DNA of 63,290 nucleotides, filler included, from Ministeria vibrans ATCC 50519 (lineage: Eukaryota; Protista; Filasterea): assembly GCA_943704425.1 (NCBI GenBank). It is 5 parts of 5 records of this genome, joined end to end, with 100 filler letters (N's around TTAATTAATTAA, not from the genome) between each part and the next. Parts side by side here need not be neighbours in the genome. Positions count along the whole stretch, not along the records: positions 1 to 24,119 come from CALSCP010000220.1; 4 more parts are not named here. One strand, given 5' to 3'. Each line of letters starts with the position of its first letter. The stretch's first letter is position 1. Positions 1 to 12,353 of this stretch are shown here, piece by piece. Below the pieces are notes generated by a model. It saw nothing but the letters and a program-made list of their open reading frames with translations. It made no database searches and was not told where the DNA came from. A program made the position numbers and the translations under genes.

Positions 1-707
1 GTTTCAAGGTGACTCGAGCTACCCGCATCGAGAACCCGCTTCTGTGGCGAACGTACGCTTTGGAGCGACAACGAGTGGCAGACCAGTGGAAAGGCAAGGG
101 GCAGCTGCAGGTGACGCCAGCTGTACGTACGGACTCGGTGATGTGGGACGGACGTCAGCGACTGATGCAGGAGGCGGGCGAGCATTACCTCTTCCACGGA
201 ACGAGCGTAAGGCACAGAAGAAAAACGAATGGTATATCACATCTTTTATCGTGTTTTAGGAGCTGTTCTTTGAGCAGATCAAGCAACAGGGATTCGAGGA
301 GCGCGTGTCTAACGCGGGACTGTTTGGACGGGGCTGCTACTTTGCGGAGAAGTACGAGATTTTGGACGCCATCGTTTCCAAGCGCACTGACTGATAAACA
401 CCTTTGATCTAGGTCATCGAAGAGCGATCACTACTGCCGCGGACAACGCTTAATCATCTTTGTGTGCCGCGTGGTGGTGGGCAAGCCGCACACGGTCTAT
501 GCGAGCAACAGCAATATCGTGCGCCCCCCGTGCGTGAAGGGCCACTTTGATCCACACTTGTGCGTTGACAACCGCTGCGACAGTGTTGTGGCGCCATCCA
601 AGCGCGAGGACGCGCGTGCCATGTTCTTGGAGAGGTTTCGCGAGTTCATCGTGTACGATCGGCACATGGCCTACCCCGAATACTGCGTGGAGTATGTGCG
701 GCAGTAG
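1..707 (+). CDS. PARP catalytic domain (tankyrase-like), 3' part; 3 exons visible
   Basis: Splicing GT-AG introns (~207-259, ~352-412) gives HYLFHGTS..GFEERVSNAGLFGRGCYFAEKSSKSDHY..IIFVCRVVVG..REFIVYDRHMAYPEYCVEY*. H-Y-E triad positions present. Confidence 0.9.
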
Positions 708-1214
708 GAAGGTGGAGCGAGCGGGGGAGACCTTTTATCAACTGAGAGTGGAGCCAGGTGCTAATGAGAGTGAATAAATATATAAATTCTTGTGTGTTAC
801 CTCATCTGACTCGGGAGAGGAAGTGAGTTATAGTGAGAGTGAATAAATAGCCTCATCGCATCTCGTGCACAATTTGCCGGTGTCCTCATCTGCCGTCGTC
901 GTCCCATAACCCCTGCTCATGTCCACTTCCTTGCACTTGAGTAGTCCCAACACGGCTCGCACTGCAAACCGCCTCCTTGCGAACGGGATGCCCTTGCACA
1001 GCTGCGCAAATCCCTCCTTATCTCCATCGCTCACTGTCTCTCCTTGTCGTCTCAGTGTCTTCCATCTGTCAATTCTCTTCTTCTACAATGAAGCTTTTGC
1101 CCTCGGACTTCCAAAAAAAAAAAATTCTCTTCTTCTGGGTCCGCTGTTCACAAACCTGTGTTTTTTTCCTATTCATCTCCCAGGTTTAAGGTTGCGACCA
1201 AGGGCTAAGGAGAT

Positions 1215-2110
1215 ATGCAGGAGGAAGAGATGGAGAGACTGGAGGATGGAATATCCCCCAGTGCAGCTCCGTCGCCGACACCCAAAGACAACAACAACAT
1301 ACCCGGTATTTCGCCGGTCACCTATGCGAAGGCGGCAGCGCCACGCCCCAGGGTCTACATCACCAGACCCATTCATCTGCCGGACAGCCTGGCGGATGTG
1401 CCGATGAGCGGCCCAGCAATGGCTGGAACCGTCTCGAAACAACTGAGTGTCAAGGTTTTCTGTGACGTTGTCCCAGTCTTCAAGGCAAAGGGCGCGATCG
1501 GAAAGGCACTTCTGGTCCACTACCCAGAGGAGGACGCGGAGACTTTCAGGGAGAACCTGTATGAGCGTGGCATCATCTACAAGGATATGTGGATAGCACC
1601 GAAGCACACACTCTCCTTCTCCATTTTCCACGTCCCGTTCGCCGCGACCCATGAGTCTCATGCCACGTTCAGCATCGCGCCGTAACACCTCGACACCCGT
1701 CACGACTACAATGGCGAAAAATACGAAACCCCCAGCCAGCGACACAGACCCACTCAGCCACTCAGCGCACACTCGCCAAGAACTCAACAGCACCAAGCCC
1801 GCGCAACAGTCCGAACCGCAGAGAGGAAGGCGTGCTGTTGAAAACCCAGTGGAGCGACATTCAAATGAGATCTCAGCGCCACTCACAACCGCGAGAACAA
1901 TCACAGCAACCACCACCACCACACCTCTATCTATGAGCGTTACTCCCACTCCTCGAAAGGCTGACGTGTCGTTTGAATTTGACGACGACAGCGACGACAG
2001 CACGACCGCTCTTGTCACGCCGAAACACATTCCGTCGCGGCACCCACCAACCTCTAAACCCACGACAACTACCTCGAGCAGCACCACAACCACACCGGCC
2101 TCCATGAAGG
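1215..2110 (+). mobile_element. Probable degenerate non-LTR retrotransposon (L1/Tx1-like) ORF1 remnant
   Basis: Intronless ORF 1215-1685 with VTYAKAAA and FSIFHVPF motifs resembling LINE ORF1, followed by a frameshifted T/S/P-rich tail. No endonuclease or RT seen. Confidence 0.4.
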
Positions 2111-2148
2111 CTACTTCCACATCAAAAAGAAAAACAACAAAACATCAA

Positions 2149-3621
2149 TCACTTCTCCTCACACCACTCGTTCTCCTTCTTGACCTGCGCCGCTTCCTCG
2201 GGCGTAAAGTCATCGACAATATTGAAGGTCTGGCGGATTTCAAGTGCAGTCTTGCCCTTGATCATGTTAGCGACGGTGCGGCACGTGAGGTCGAGCAGAC
2301 CATCGATGTTCATGTCTCGGGCTGCCAAAATCATCTGAGCCAGTCAAAACAGAAGAAAATACAAAAAAGAATCAGAAAAAACTTCAAAAAAACGCGAGTC
2401 ATCTGATCGAAACAAAGAACTTCCAGAGAACATCCAAAGGTGAGTACGTCAAAGAGTGTTCCCTGGTCCACTTGGCAGAAATCAGCATCGTCAGGCGAGA
2501 TATCGGGAGTGTCTGTGCCCTCAACAGGCTCTGCGTCGTCCTTGTGGCGCTATATTCAAATGCAATCGACAAGAGTCAGCGCTTTTCATTCATTGTGTAA
2601 GAATACCTCGCAGTAGTCAATGACTTTCTTCAGAATGGGCTCAGGTATATTGAGCAGTGGAATGGGCGTTGACTCGTTCTTTACAGACAAATCTGAAATC
2701 CGAATTCGATACGAAGAAAGAGAGAGTAAGAGAATGAAACAAAGTGATAGAGTGAGAGAAACAAAGTAAAACAAAGTTCAAGCAGAGTGACGGAGAGAGA
2801 GAAACAAAGTGACGGAGAGACAAAGTGACAGAGAAAGAAACAAAGTGAAAGAGAGAAAAGAAAAAAATAGTGATACTCGCAAGACGAATTATTATGGTGG
2901 GTTGGAAGAAACAAGAGCACAACTGGAAGCATGTACAGCGGGTGTTACTTTACTGGATTGATCGCGGAGAAAAAGAGGGGGAGGGGCAGTAAAAAAAAAG
3001 GGTTTAACGCCAGGAGAGGGAAAAGAGGAAGATAATTAAAAGAGAACAAATAAACAGGAGAAATCCAAGGCATCGCAGATGCGAAGAAGGTGGGGATCAA
3101 AGGAGAAGCGAAAAAGAGAGAGCCAGTGAACGTGAACTCACCTTGTGACTGCTTGCTGGCTGCCTGCGCTTGCTTAGCCATCGCTTCCTGAACATACGCT
3201 ATTTCTATGAAATCATCGAAAGCAATGAGCCAACAGCTGTTTGAGGTTCGTTTGAGGTTGCTGCTCAACTTACGAACTCCGATGAACAGGTACTTGACAT
3301 ATTTGGTGTTCGCGGTCACGCCCTCCTTCTCGAGGCTGCAAGTGATGTTATCGGCAAAGTATTTCGGACACGGTTTGCCCTGCAGGTCGAGCGAGTTTTG
3401 GAAATGGGACCAAATGGTTTCCCCCGAGAGGCACCTAAAATGCGGTGCTACGTCTGTCCGTCGAATGATCTTGTCGAGTTTGCTGACAAGGTCATCGCCC
3501 GTGCCAAAAGTGATTACTATCATATCATGGGTGATAAGAAAGGATGATGGTTCGAGGGGTTCTGATGCGTACGGTCGGTGTAAGGCGTGCACTTGTCATA
3601 CGCAGTGTTTGGATTCCCCAT
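2149..3621 (-). CDS. Divergent Skp1-family protein, probably fused to an orphan N-terminal domain (~265 aa)
   Basis: Skp1 exons 2692-2607 ([20 protein letters not shown]), 2549-2448 ([13 protein letters not shown]) and 2334-2149 ([36 protein letters not shown]). Upstream exons 3621-3573 and 3516-3142 join in phase via GT-AG introns. The Skp1 core is near-certain; the fusion is inferred. Confidence 0.75.
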
Positions 3622-3972
3622 AATTATGTGGATTTTGTTCCAATTATTTTCTCGTGGACCTTCAAAAAAAAAAACGAAAAACTCCTTAAGGTGATAACCG
3701 TCAAGAAAAGTGTTAAAACTACGGAGCAAAACACGCTCCATTCATATGGAGTATGAAACGAAGCGTACAGGCAAATGATTGGCTATAATAAAAAGGTGCG
3801 ACTCCCTTAAGTGCAAGAGCCGTCTACTCGGCAAGCGCCATGTAACACACGGGTAGTCCCGGTAGTGACGTCAACCAATGGGCGAAAAATCGAATTGATT
3901 GACACAACAATGTCAAGTTTCACAAAAGGAAAAACTACGGAAAAACAAACGAAGACGCAAGCAAAAACGCCT

Positions 3973-4327
3973 TTAGATGTAAGCTGCAAGCAAGGCATTA
4001 CCATACACTGCATAGCACAATGCAGTGGCATCAGGGAGACGGATAAGGAGAGTACATAGAGGCGTGCTGAGGCCGAGGGGAGAGAATGGCTTGGTTCGTT
4101 TTCGTTGCTGTTGCGAGATATGGCTTCTATCGCACCCCCGAGTCTTTACAGGCACATAGTCACCCTCAGATACAAAGCAGCACCCCATTATATGGCCGTA
4201 GAAGCCATATTTGGTCCGCAAATCGTCCCTGTACGCAATCTCAAAACCAAAAACGATTTGGACGGAATTTGGATCGGATGAACACGGCGATGAGACAGCG
4301 AAACATTCGACAACCTGCGTGTGGCTA
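3973..4327 (-). CDS. Possible exon of an unknown protein, running into assembly gap
   Basis: Open frame VQIVFGFEIAYRDDLRTKYGFYGHIMGCCFV with protein-like composition; no recognised motif. Confidence 0.25.
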
Positions 4328-5136
4328 NNNNNNNNNNNNNNNNNNNNNNNNNNNNNNNNNNNNNNNNNNNNNNNNNNNNNNNNNNNNNNNNNNNNNNNNN
4401 NNNNNNNNNNNNNNNNNNNNNNNNNNNNNNNNNNNNNNNNNNNNNNNNNNNNNNNNNNNNNNNNNNNNNNNNNNNNNNNNNNNNNNNNNNNNNNNNNNNN
4501 NNNNNNNNNNNNNNNNNNNNNNNNNNNNNNNNNNNNNNNNNNNNNNNNNNNNNNNNNNNNNNNNNNNNNNNNNNNNNNNNNNNNNNNNNNNNNNNNNNNN
4601 NNNNNNNNNNNNNNNNNNNNNNNNNNNNNNNNNNNNNNNNNNNNNNNNNNNNNNNNNNNNNNNNNNNNNNNNNNNNNNNNNNNNNNNNNNNNNNNNNNNN
4701 NNNNNNNNNNNNNNNNNNNNNNNNNNNNNNNNNNNNNNNNNNNNNNNNNNNNNNNNNNNNNNNNNNNNNNNNNNNNNNNNNNNNNNNNNNNNNNNNNNNN
4801 NNNNNNNNNNNNNNNNNNNNNNNNNNNNNNNNNNNNNNNNNNNNNNNNNNNNNNNNNNNNNNNNNNNNNNNNNNNNNNNNNNNNCACTGTCGATCGCATT
4901 GGCGTCTCAGCTACATCCTCTCGGTGTTTTCTAGGCTTCAGACTACACAATACACAAAACTGCATTCGTCTCGTCTAGGCGCTTTTTTACTTGCATCCAT
5001 AACTGAATAGAAATATATATTGCAATGCTCCTGACCACACACACACGACTCACACTAACCGACAACAGAAAACGACGTAACTTAAGTCGTTCTTCGAACT
5101 TGTTTCAAAATCTCTGCAGGAGAAGCGGTTTATGAA

Positions 5137-6863
5137 TCATTCAAGTTTACGCGGAGCAATAGGGTCTGAAGTGTAGAGGACATCGCCATTGTCGCTGTGG
5201 TAGACAATGGTCATGTTGTCCTTGTTGACGCGGAAGGACGCAAAGCCTCCGAGGACTCCCGCCGGGCGGTTGCTGCCGTCCATCGAGTATTTGAGCGAGC
5301 CCGCCGGAATCTTGTCCTTGTTCTTGTCGCTGTAGCAGCACTCGTGCCTACAAAACATAGATTCAGTGTTAGGGCACAAAATGAGCTGTGACTGAGTCGT
5401 ACGCGGCGCCTGAGAGAGAGTAAATGACGCCCGAGCCATCATCAATGTGCTCGAGACAGTGGTCGTGGCCGCACATGTAGTGCGCGTGGTACTTCTCAAG
5501 AAGCGGGCGCAGGCGTGACTTGAGCTCAAAGTTGGGTCCATGCTGGCATACGGACCAGACGGGGTAATGGCCACCCACCCACACGTACGTCGCATTAGCG
5601 GCGGACACAAGCTCACTCTCAATCCACGACCACTGCGACTCTGCAACCTGCGACCACGCACGCACACATACATGAAAAAAAGAGTGTGTGAGAGAGCGGG
5701 AAAGCAAGAGTGAGTGAGTGAGTGAGTGAGTGAGTGAGTGAGTGAGTGAGTGAGTGAGTGAGTGAGTGAGTGAGTGAGTGAGTGAGTGAGTGAGTGACTG
5801 AGTGACTGAGTGAGCGACTGGGTGACTGAGTGACTGAATGAGTGAGTGAGTGAGTGAGAGCGGGCAAGCGAGAGTGAGTGAGTGAGAGCGGGCAAGCGAG
5901 AGTGAGTGAGTGAGAGCGGGCAAGCGAGAGTGAGTGAGTGAGAGCGGGCAAGCGAGAGTGAGTGAGTAAAAATGAGTGAGCAAGTAAGTCGGGAAAACGA
6001 CGACATGTTGAAAAGAGAGCAGCAATTGAAAATACCTCTGTGTCATATTCGTCAAAGACACCAAATTCAAGGTCTGACTCAAGGCCTGTCAGTTTGACTG
6101 TGTCCACCAGAATCAGCTTGAACGTGAGATTGGCGCCAAACGTGAATGTTTGAGAGTAGTAGTAGTCTGGAAAGCTACGCAAGGTGAGTGAGTGAAGGTC
6201 GAAACCAGTACAGGGATGGAATGGCTTAGGCGTACTTCCAGCGCTTTGAAATGTTTGTGTACGCAATTTCAGCCTCAACGCCATTGTCAGCGTTGGCGTA
6301 ATCGTGGTTGCCCGCAATGAAGTAAAAGGGAATCTGGAGCGAAGGGGCCGTGAAGACGCTCTCAAAGCTGCAAAGGGAGAGCGAAGAGAGTTCAAAGGAG
6401 GTTCAAAGTGTGAAAGTGCAATGGAAAACAACGCAACGACCAGTCGCTCTCTTCGTGCATACGTCTCGTTAAAGCGCGGGTCTGTTGCGTGGTGGTGAAT
6501 GCCGCTGTTGTAAAAGTTGTCGCCCAGACCGACTAGGCAGTTGTGTGGGCAGGCGAGAGGGATGAGGAAGGGACGAGAGGGTTAGCACTGTGTGTCGGGA
6601 GACAAGCGCACCCAGAGCAGTCCTACCGACAAACTCAGCCTCAAGTTCAGCAGCAATCTTGCCCATTCCCTTGGCACATCCCACTTCAGCGGGCGTAGTG
6701 AATGGCTGCAGCAAAGAAAGACAGATCAAAAAGAAATCCAATTGAACTCCAGACGTACAGAAGAGTCCGCACCGCCCCAATCTCCCATAGTCAGGAAGTT
6801 GAGAGTTTCGCCAGCGAAGGCAGAGCCAACGGCGAGAGCCAGAATGAGACAATGGATTTTCAT
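5137..6863 (-). CDS. ACP5: Secreted tartrate-resistant (purple) acid phosphatase, ACP5-like
   Basis: Signal peptide MKIHCLILALAVGSAFA; metallophosphoesterase motifs GDWG, GDNFY, GNHD, GGHYP, CGHDH; C-terminal GGFASF; multi-exon GT-AG. Confidence 0.92.
5708..5968. repeat. (TGAG)n microsatellite with interspersed GAGCGGGCAAGCGA units (ACP5 intron)
   Basis: Directly visible tandem array. Confidence 0.95.
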
Positions 6864-7133
6864 GAAGAATTTATTTGATAATATTATTTTTAATAATAAT
6901 AATGATAATAATAATAATAATAATAATAAAAATTATTATTATATTTTATTATTATAGATTTATTGGAATTGTCTTATCGCCAGTCGGATGCTATAATATA
7001 ACAATCAAATTCAGCTACTGGAGCGAGCCTACGACAGTACAAAAAACCCCGCCAGTCAAAACTCAACCGGAGTCAACACTCAACCCCCATAAACTCATTT
7101 ATAACTTGATATTGTATACATTAGCGAGAACAA

Positions 7134-7330
7134 TCACATGTCTTGACGGAGTCGCGCAAGACGATCAGTCAGTTCGTCTTGCTCCGAGGCCGATGCCGAT
7201 GCGGTACCCACTGGAATCTAAACAACAATCGGAAAATGGATGAGTCACACCCAAAAAGCTCTTCTCTTCACACAAACCTTCGTCTGGTCCAGCTCCACTC
7301 CAAGTTCCAGGCCATGTTCATCGGCAACCT

Positions 7331-7404
<74 letters not shown>

Positions 7405-8011
7405 NNNNNNNNNNNNNNNNNNNNNNNNNNNNNNNNNNNNNNNNNNNNNNNNNNNNNNNNNNNNNNNNNNNNNNNNNNNNNNNNNNNNNNNNNNNNNNNN
7501 NNNNNNNNNNNNNNNNNNNNNNNNNNNNNNNNNNNNNAAAAAAAAAAAAAAAAAAAAAAAAAGACATGTCAGATTCAGCGTAGAGCCGAGTTCGAGTCCA
7601 ACGTTCGGTCGTACCTCTTGCATGAGCAGGTCGACCTTGTCCTCGGGCACAGTCAGTGTCGTCGTTGCCGACATCGACGACTCCATGTACTGCGTCTGCA
7701 CATCCAGATTCTCAAACTGCTTCTCAAACTTGTCCATCGTCAGCGAGATCTGTCATAATATCAATGAATGTTAGGCCAAAACTTGTTCCCTTGTTTGTTG
7801 CACCTGTTCCAAATTCATCGCGCTTGCAGCCTGGTCCATCGCCTTGACTACACCTGCCATGTCCTTGGTGACCTTTTTCATACGCACGGCAGTCTCAACA
7901 CGGGCAGCAACAGCGTCAACGCGCGATGCCATCCGCAAGAAGTTCAGAGACTGAAACAGAAGAACATTATTTGAGGGTTGCAAGAGATACGAAGCATCCT
8001 CGTCACAACAC

Positions 8012-8055
<44 letters not shown>

Positions 8056-8571
8056 CTGAAGAAATCGCGTGGAGCGGCGGTTGCGCCCCTCTGCACTCAA
8101 CCCTCAGAGGACAAGCGGGCAAATCCCCAAATCACCACATCCTCACGACCCAGCGCAACGCCCGCTGCAGCCCCCAGTATGCACACGGCAGGCAACAGCA
8201 GCCACAGCAAGACGTGAACAGTGTGCAAAGGGAGACGACGCACACAGCGAATGCGCAGGAATGGGACAACGGTCGACAGGAGGCGCTCTTCCCTCTCTCT
8301 CATTTCGCTTCTCTCACACACACACACTCACGCAACCCCCACCCCTCCCTCTCTCTCTCTCTCCCACCTGCGTATGGTTTCGGATGCTGTTCTCGGCATA
8401 GATGCGTGCGCCTTCCCTGTTCCCTTGCTTGATGGCTGTCTTGAGTTTCGTCTTGGCCACACTCGACTCCTTTTCACACTTTTTCGACATTCGTTCCATT
8501 TGCTTTGCCGTCATCTTCAAATTGAACATGTGCTTTTCGAGGTTATCACCTCCACCTCCAAACCACGACAT
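7134..8571 (-). CDS. CHMP1: ESCRT-III CHMP1/Did2/Vps46
   Basis: [59 protein letters not shown]-terminal MIM-like [11 protein letters not shown]; one intron spans a gap. Confidence 0.95.
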
Positions 8572-8815
8572 AATGATAAATTGATTTTCAGGGTGAGAGA
8601 GAAAAAATAATAAAAATTAAATAATTTTGCGATTACCTCACTGGATAGCGATTGCACTTGTGATTTTGTAGTAGATCTGGTGAGTGGCGACTGTATCATG
8701 AATAAATGGGTTGTATTCTTCTTCGTCTATTAATAATAATAATATTATTATATTGTATAAGGACAAAACTTATTCTAATGCTTCACTTTATAAAAATATT
8801 AATACCATTATTTTT

Positions 8816-11800
8816 TTACATTTTTTTGCGAGACGAATGTTTCGTCGGTGTCGAGCCATAGAGGTCCTCGTAGTCGTGTTCCGGCTCAATTTCGCAATCG
8901 ATTTCGACGGCGAACGCAGGCGGTGGTATCTTGTCGGTCTCGGGATCAATGTAGTCGGGTTCGTCGTCGGTGCGGTACTCGGGAGTTGCATTCTCGTACT
9001 CGGGTTCAGAGTAATCTGGATCCTCCTCTGAGTCGTACGCTTTCATTACCTCCTCGAGTGTCTGTTCATCTTCTTCAGAGCTATCGTCCTCCTCATCCGA
9101 CGCAGACTCTGACTCAGACTCAGACTCAGACTCAGACGCAGACTCTTCTTCTTCTTCGCTCTCTCCTCCCTCCCCACTCTCCTCCTCATCCTCATCCTCA
9201 TCGTCGTCCTCCTCCTCCTCTTCTTCATCGCCTTCATCTACTTCAAAATCTTCGTCGTCCTCTGAACAGTACTGATTCACAAACTCATCGAGTTGCATGG
9301 GCCGACCACGACCGCCCTCGACCTGATCATAGTCATCCCCATCACTCTCCTCCTCCTCTTCCTCCTCCTCCTCACCCACCGCGCCTGCACCCATCAGCGC
9401 TTTAGCATCGCATGATATGCGCTTGATAATGTTCGCCACGCGCACATTGGACAATTCGTCGTTGATGACGTCCGTGTGGTCCTCTGTCACTCCCGTCAGT
9501 GTCAGCGTTGGCTTCCGAATCGGCGTTTCAATCTCGGCAAAGTCGCTCTCCGACGACGACGACACCGCCGCCGCCGCCTCGCCCTTAAACACATCGTCGT
9601 CATCATCATCATCATCATCATCTTCTTCTTCCTCCTCCGTCTCGTGTTCGTCGCCACTCTCACTTTCGCTCTCGCTCTCACTTTCACTTTCAACGGCTGG
9701 GGGGGCGCTCAGTGTCGCTGACTTGGTCACCAGCGAGCTCATCGACAAACTCTTGGGAGGCAGCTGCGGAGCACCCGAGCTGGACGATAGACTCATCGTT
9801 GACAGATTGCGGATGGAGGCACTCTTGGGAGGCAAGCGAGGGGGCGTAGAGACCGCCGTCGACTCGGGCGGGTCACTTACTGTCTGTGCCTCGGGAACCG
9901 CAGCGGCAGCAGGCGAGGTAATGGTAGCTGCAGCGTCCGTGCGCGCCGACGCTGGTGGTGTGGGAAGCTTGCGCGAGGGAGTCGACGAACCAGAGTCAGA
10001 CGAAGAGGGACCTTTGACTGACGCTTGCTTCATAAAGACCTTGAGGGCCGCTCGCTTTTGCGCCATCTCAGCTGCTTTGGCACTTGTGCTCGGCAGCTTG
10101 CGTACGGGGGTGTGCGTCGAAGCAGCATCAGTACCAGCAGCAGCAGTAGCAGTGGCAGCGGTAATGGGAGTAGTAGTAGCAGTTGCAAAGTCGCCAGCGT
10201 TGGATACGGACATTGACACTTGAGGATGTGACGCAGAGGGACTGGTCACTTCGCTAGTAGGCTGCACCTCCGTCTCGAGCTCGGCATCGCGATACGCCTT
10301 CTTGACTTCTTCTTCGTCGTCGAGTGCATCGCCATCTTCCATGTCGTCCTCGGCCCCAGGCACACTTGTGGTGTCACTGGTGGCACGCTCGTGATGGTCC
10401 GCCGACACCGCCAGGGCTGCAGCCAGAACCTGAGACGCCTTCATACCGTACGGAAGATGCGACGACGACTCACTTGCGTACGACTCGAGACTCGCGTCGT
10501 CGCGCACCGCCTTCACAACCACCTTGTGGAAGACGCGCGTGCCCCGTCGCCACTCGGGTGGGCTCCTCTGCACCACTGCCTGTGCTACTTGTTGACGCAG
10601 TTGCGCCAGACTCATCAGGCGTTGTCGAAGCGGTGCCTATGGCATTCATTCATTTACTCGTTCACTTTTTTTTTTCACTCAAATATATAACTTACCTTGT
10701 GATGGCCAATGAACATGCCCATGCCGTGGCTCGCTGTGGCCTTGCGGTCGAGACGCTTGAGACGTGACGCTGCGGCATTGAGCTGTTGCGACGACGACAC
10801 GTCGGCACGGGAGCCCTCGGGCATAGACTGACCAGAAGCACTGCCGCCGCTACCACTGCCCCCATTGTGGTTGTTGCCCAGGGCTGCACTGCTACCTTGC
10901 TTGTGAAACAGACTGCCCAGGGTGCGACGGCGCTTCATTTCGCCAGGCAGTGAGGACGGCTGAGGCATGATGATGGAGCGGCGTCGCGCTGCCGTGGCTG
11001 CTGCCGTGGTGGTAGTCGTGCCGGTGTTGGCTCCCGCCAACGACGATCCATCCCCTTCCGCTGGGGCGTCTGCGCCCACCCCCGTCAGCGACTGTTGACT
11101 GCCGCTCATGGTGAGCGCTTCAAACTCGGCAAAATAAACGGGATCGCACAGTGACTCGGCGCGCTCCTTCTCCGACCCGTAGTACATTGGCTTGCGTCCA
11201 TGGTTGTCGCGAATAAAGGTGTCCGCCCCCGCGGCCATCAGTAGATTCGCAATGTTGTGCGTCTCGTACAAGTAAGCAAAGTGCAACGGTGTAAATCCGC
11301 CGTACGTTTGAATGTTCTAATAGTATTATGGTGAAAACATTGTCTTTCAAACTCTCGCTTGATTCGTTCGCAAGTTCCCATACCGGATCGGCACCCGCCA
11401 GTAAAAGGGTCTTGACGAGCTTTCGGTTGTTGTGTTTCACAGCCCAATGGAGTGCAGTGTAACCTACAGACGATGGTGTGTGTCAGCGCGACTGGCCAGC
11501 CACGTCTCCCATACGTCCGCCTCAATGGACGTGTGCTCTGCCTCTGTCCATATGACGCAACCACAACCGGCGCTGTTATTGTCTCAGAGTGTCCCTCCCC
11601 CCCCTTCCCTGAGAGTCTTGCAACCCATCGCACTCTCAGCTCATTTGCCGTACCCAAATAAAAGTCCTGTGTATTCACCACCTCGGGGTCGACGCGGATG
11701 ATACGATTCATGCCCTCGGTTGAATTGCTCGCGGCCAGTGCAAACCAATGTCTGTTTGACAATCGAGAAAGAGCGCAAATTAGAAGATTTTTTTTTGAAA

Positions 11801-12110
11801 AACAAAAACGAAAAAAAAAAAAGAGTACCTTTGACTCCCAACAAAGGCAGCCATGTAAGCCTCGTGCTAATAGTGATTGAAACGCAGGTGAGATGTGCGC
11901 TATAGGTCCTCGGGCGTACCGCTTGTTCGCGTTTCTGTAAAAGCTCTTGCGATCCCGCAGAAAGCTCCAGCTGCAGCGCCGCATGGCCCTTGATGATCTA
12001 CACATGCAAGTCGGGTCGGTGAGAGGCGCGGGGGGCGGGGCGGTGGCCGCCAGGAGACGTACGCCGGTGGAAGAGCTCTCACGAACCGCAGACGCCTTCT
12101 TTGAACTCAT
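8816..12110 (-). CDS. Ankyrin-repeat protein (SOWAH-like N-terminus) with long acidic low-complexity C-terminus
   Basis: Spliced RHWFALAAS..DPEVVNTQDFYLGYTALHWAVKH..TYGGFTPLHFA..ADTFIRDNHGRKPMYY. The exon ending HHK|gtaagt splices in frame to the 599-aa acidic ORF (APLRQRLMSL). Confidence 0.8.
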
Positions 12111-12353
12111 GCCGGACGGGCCGCAGTCGCAGAGGGGGCGCGTCACAGAGAGAGACTGAGAGGGCGGTGCGTGAGTGAGTGCGTGGGTGGGTGGCTGCGT
12201 TTGTGCGAGATTAAATTTTGCTTTTTTTTTTGTCTTTTGAAGTTTGAGTTTTGAGTTTCACACACAGTTTTGACCTTGGACCTAACAATGATCAATGATC
12301 TTAGCCTCAAAAGTCAAAATTTTCACTTTTCTTCATCATTTAATATTTGCAAC

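Noticed and set aside
828-1034. 68-aa minus-strand ORF
   Set aside because: No recognisable motif; cannot be supported as a gene.
5830-5968. Regularly spaced repeats resembling a CRISPR array (also 34360-34470)
   Set aside because: No unique spacers, eukaryotic intron, no cas genes.
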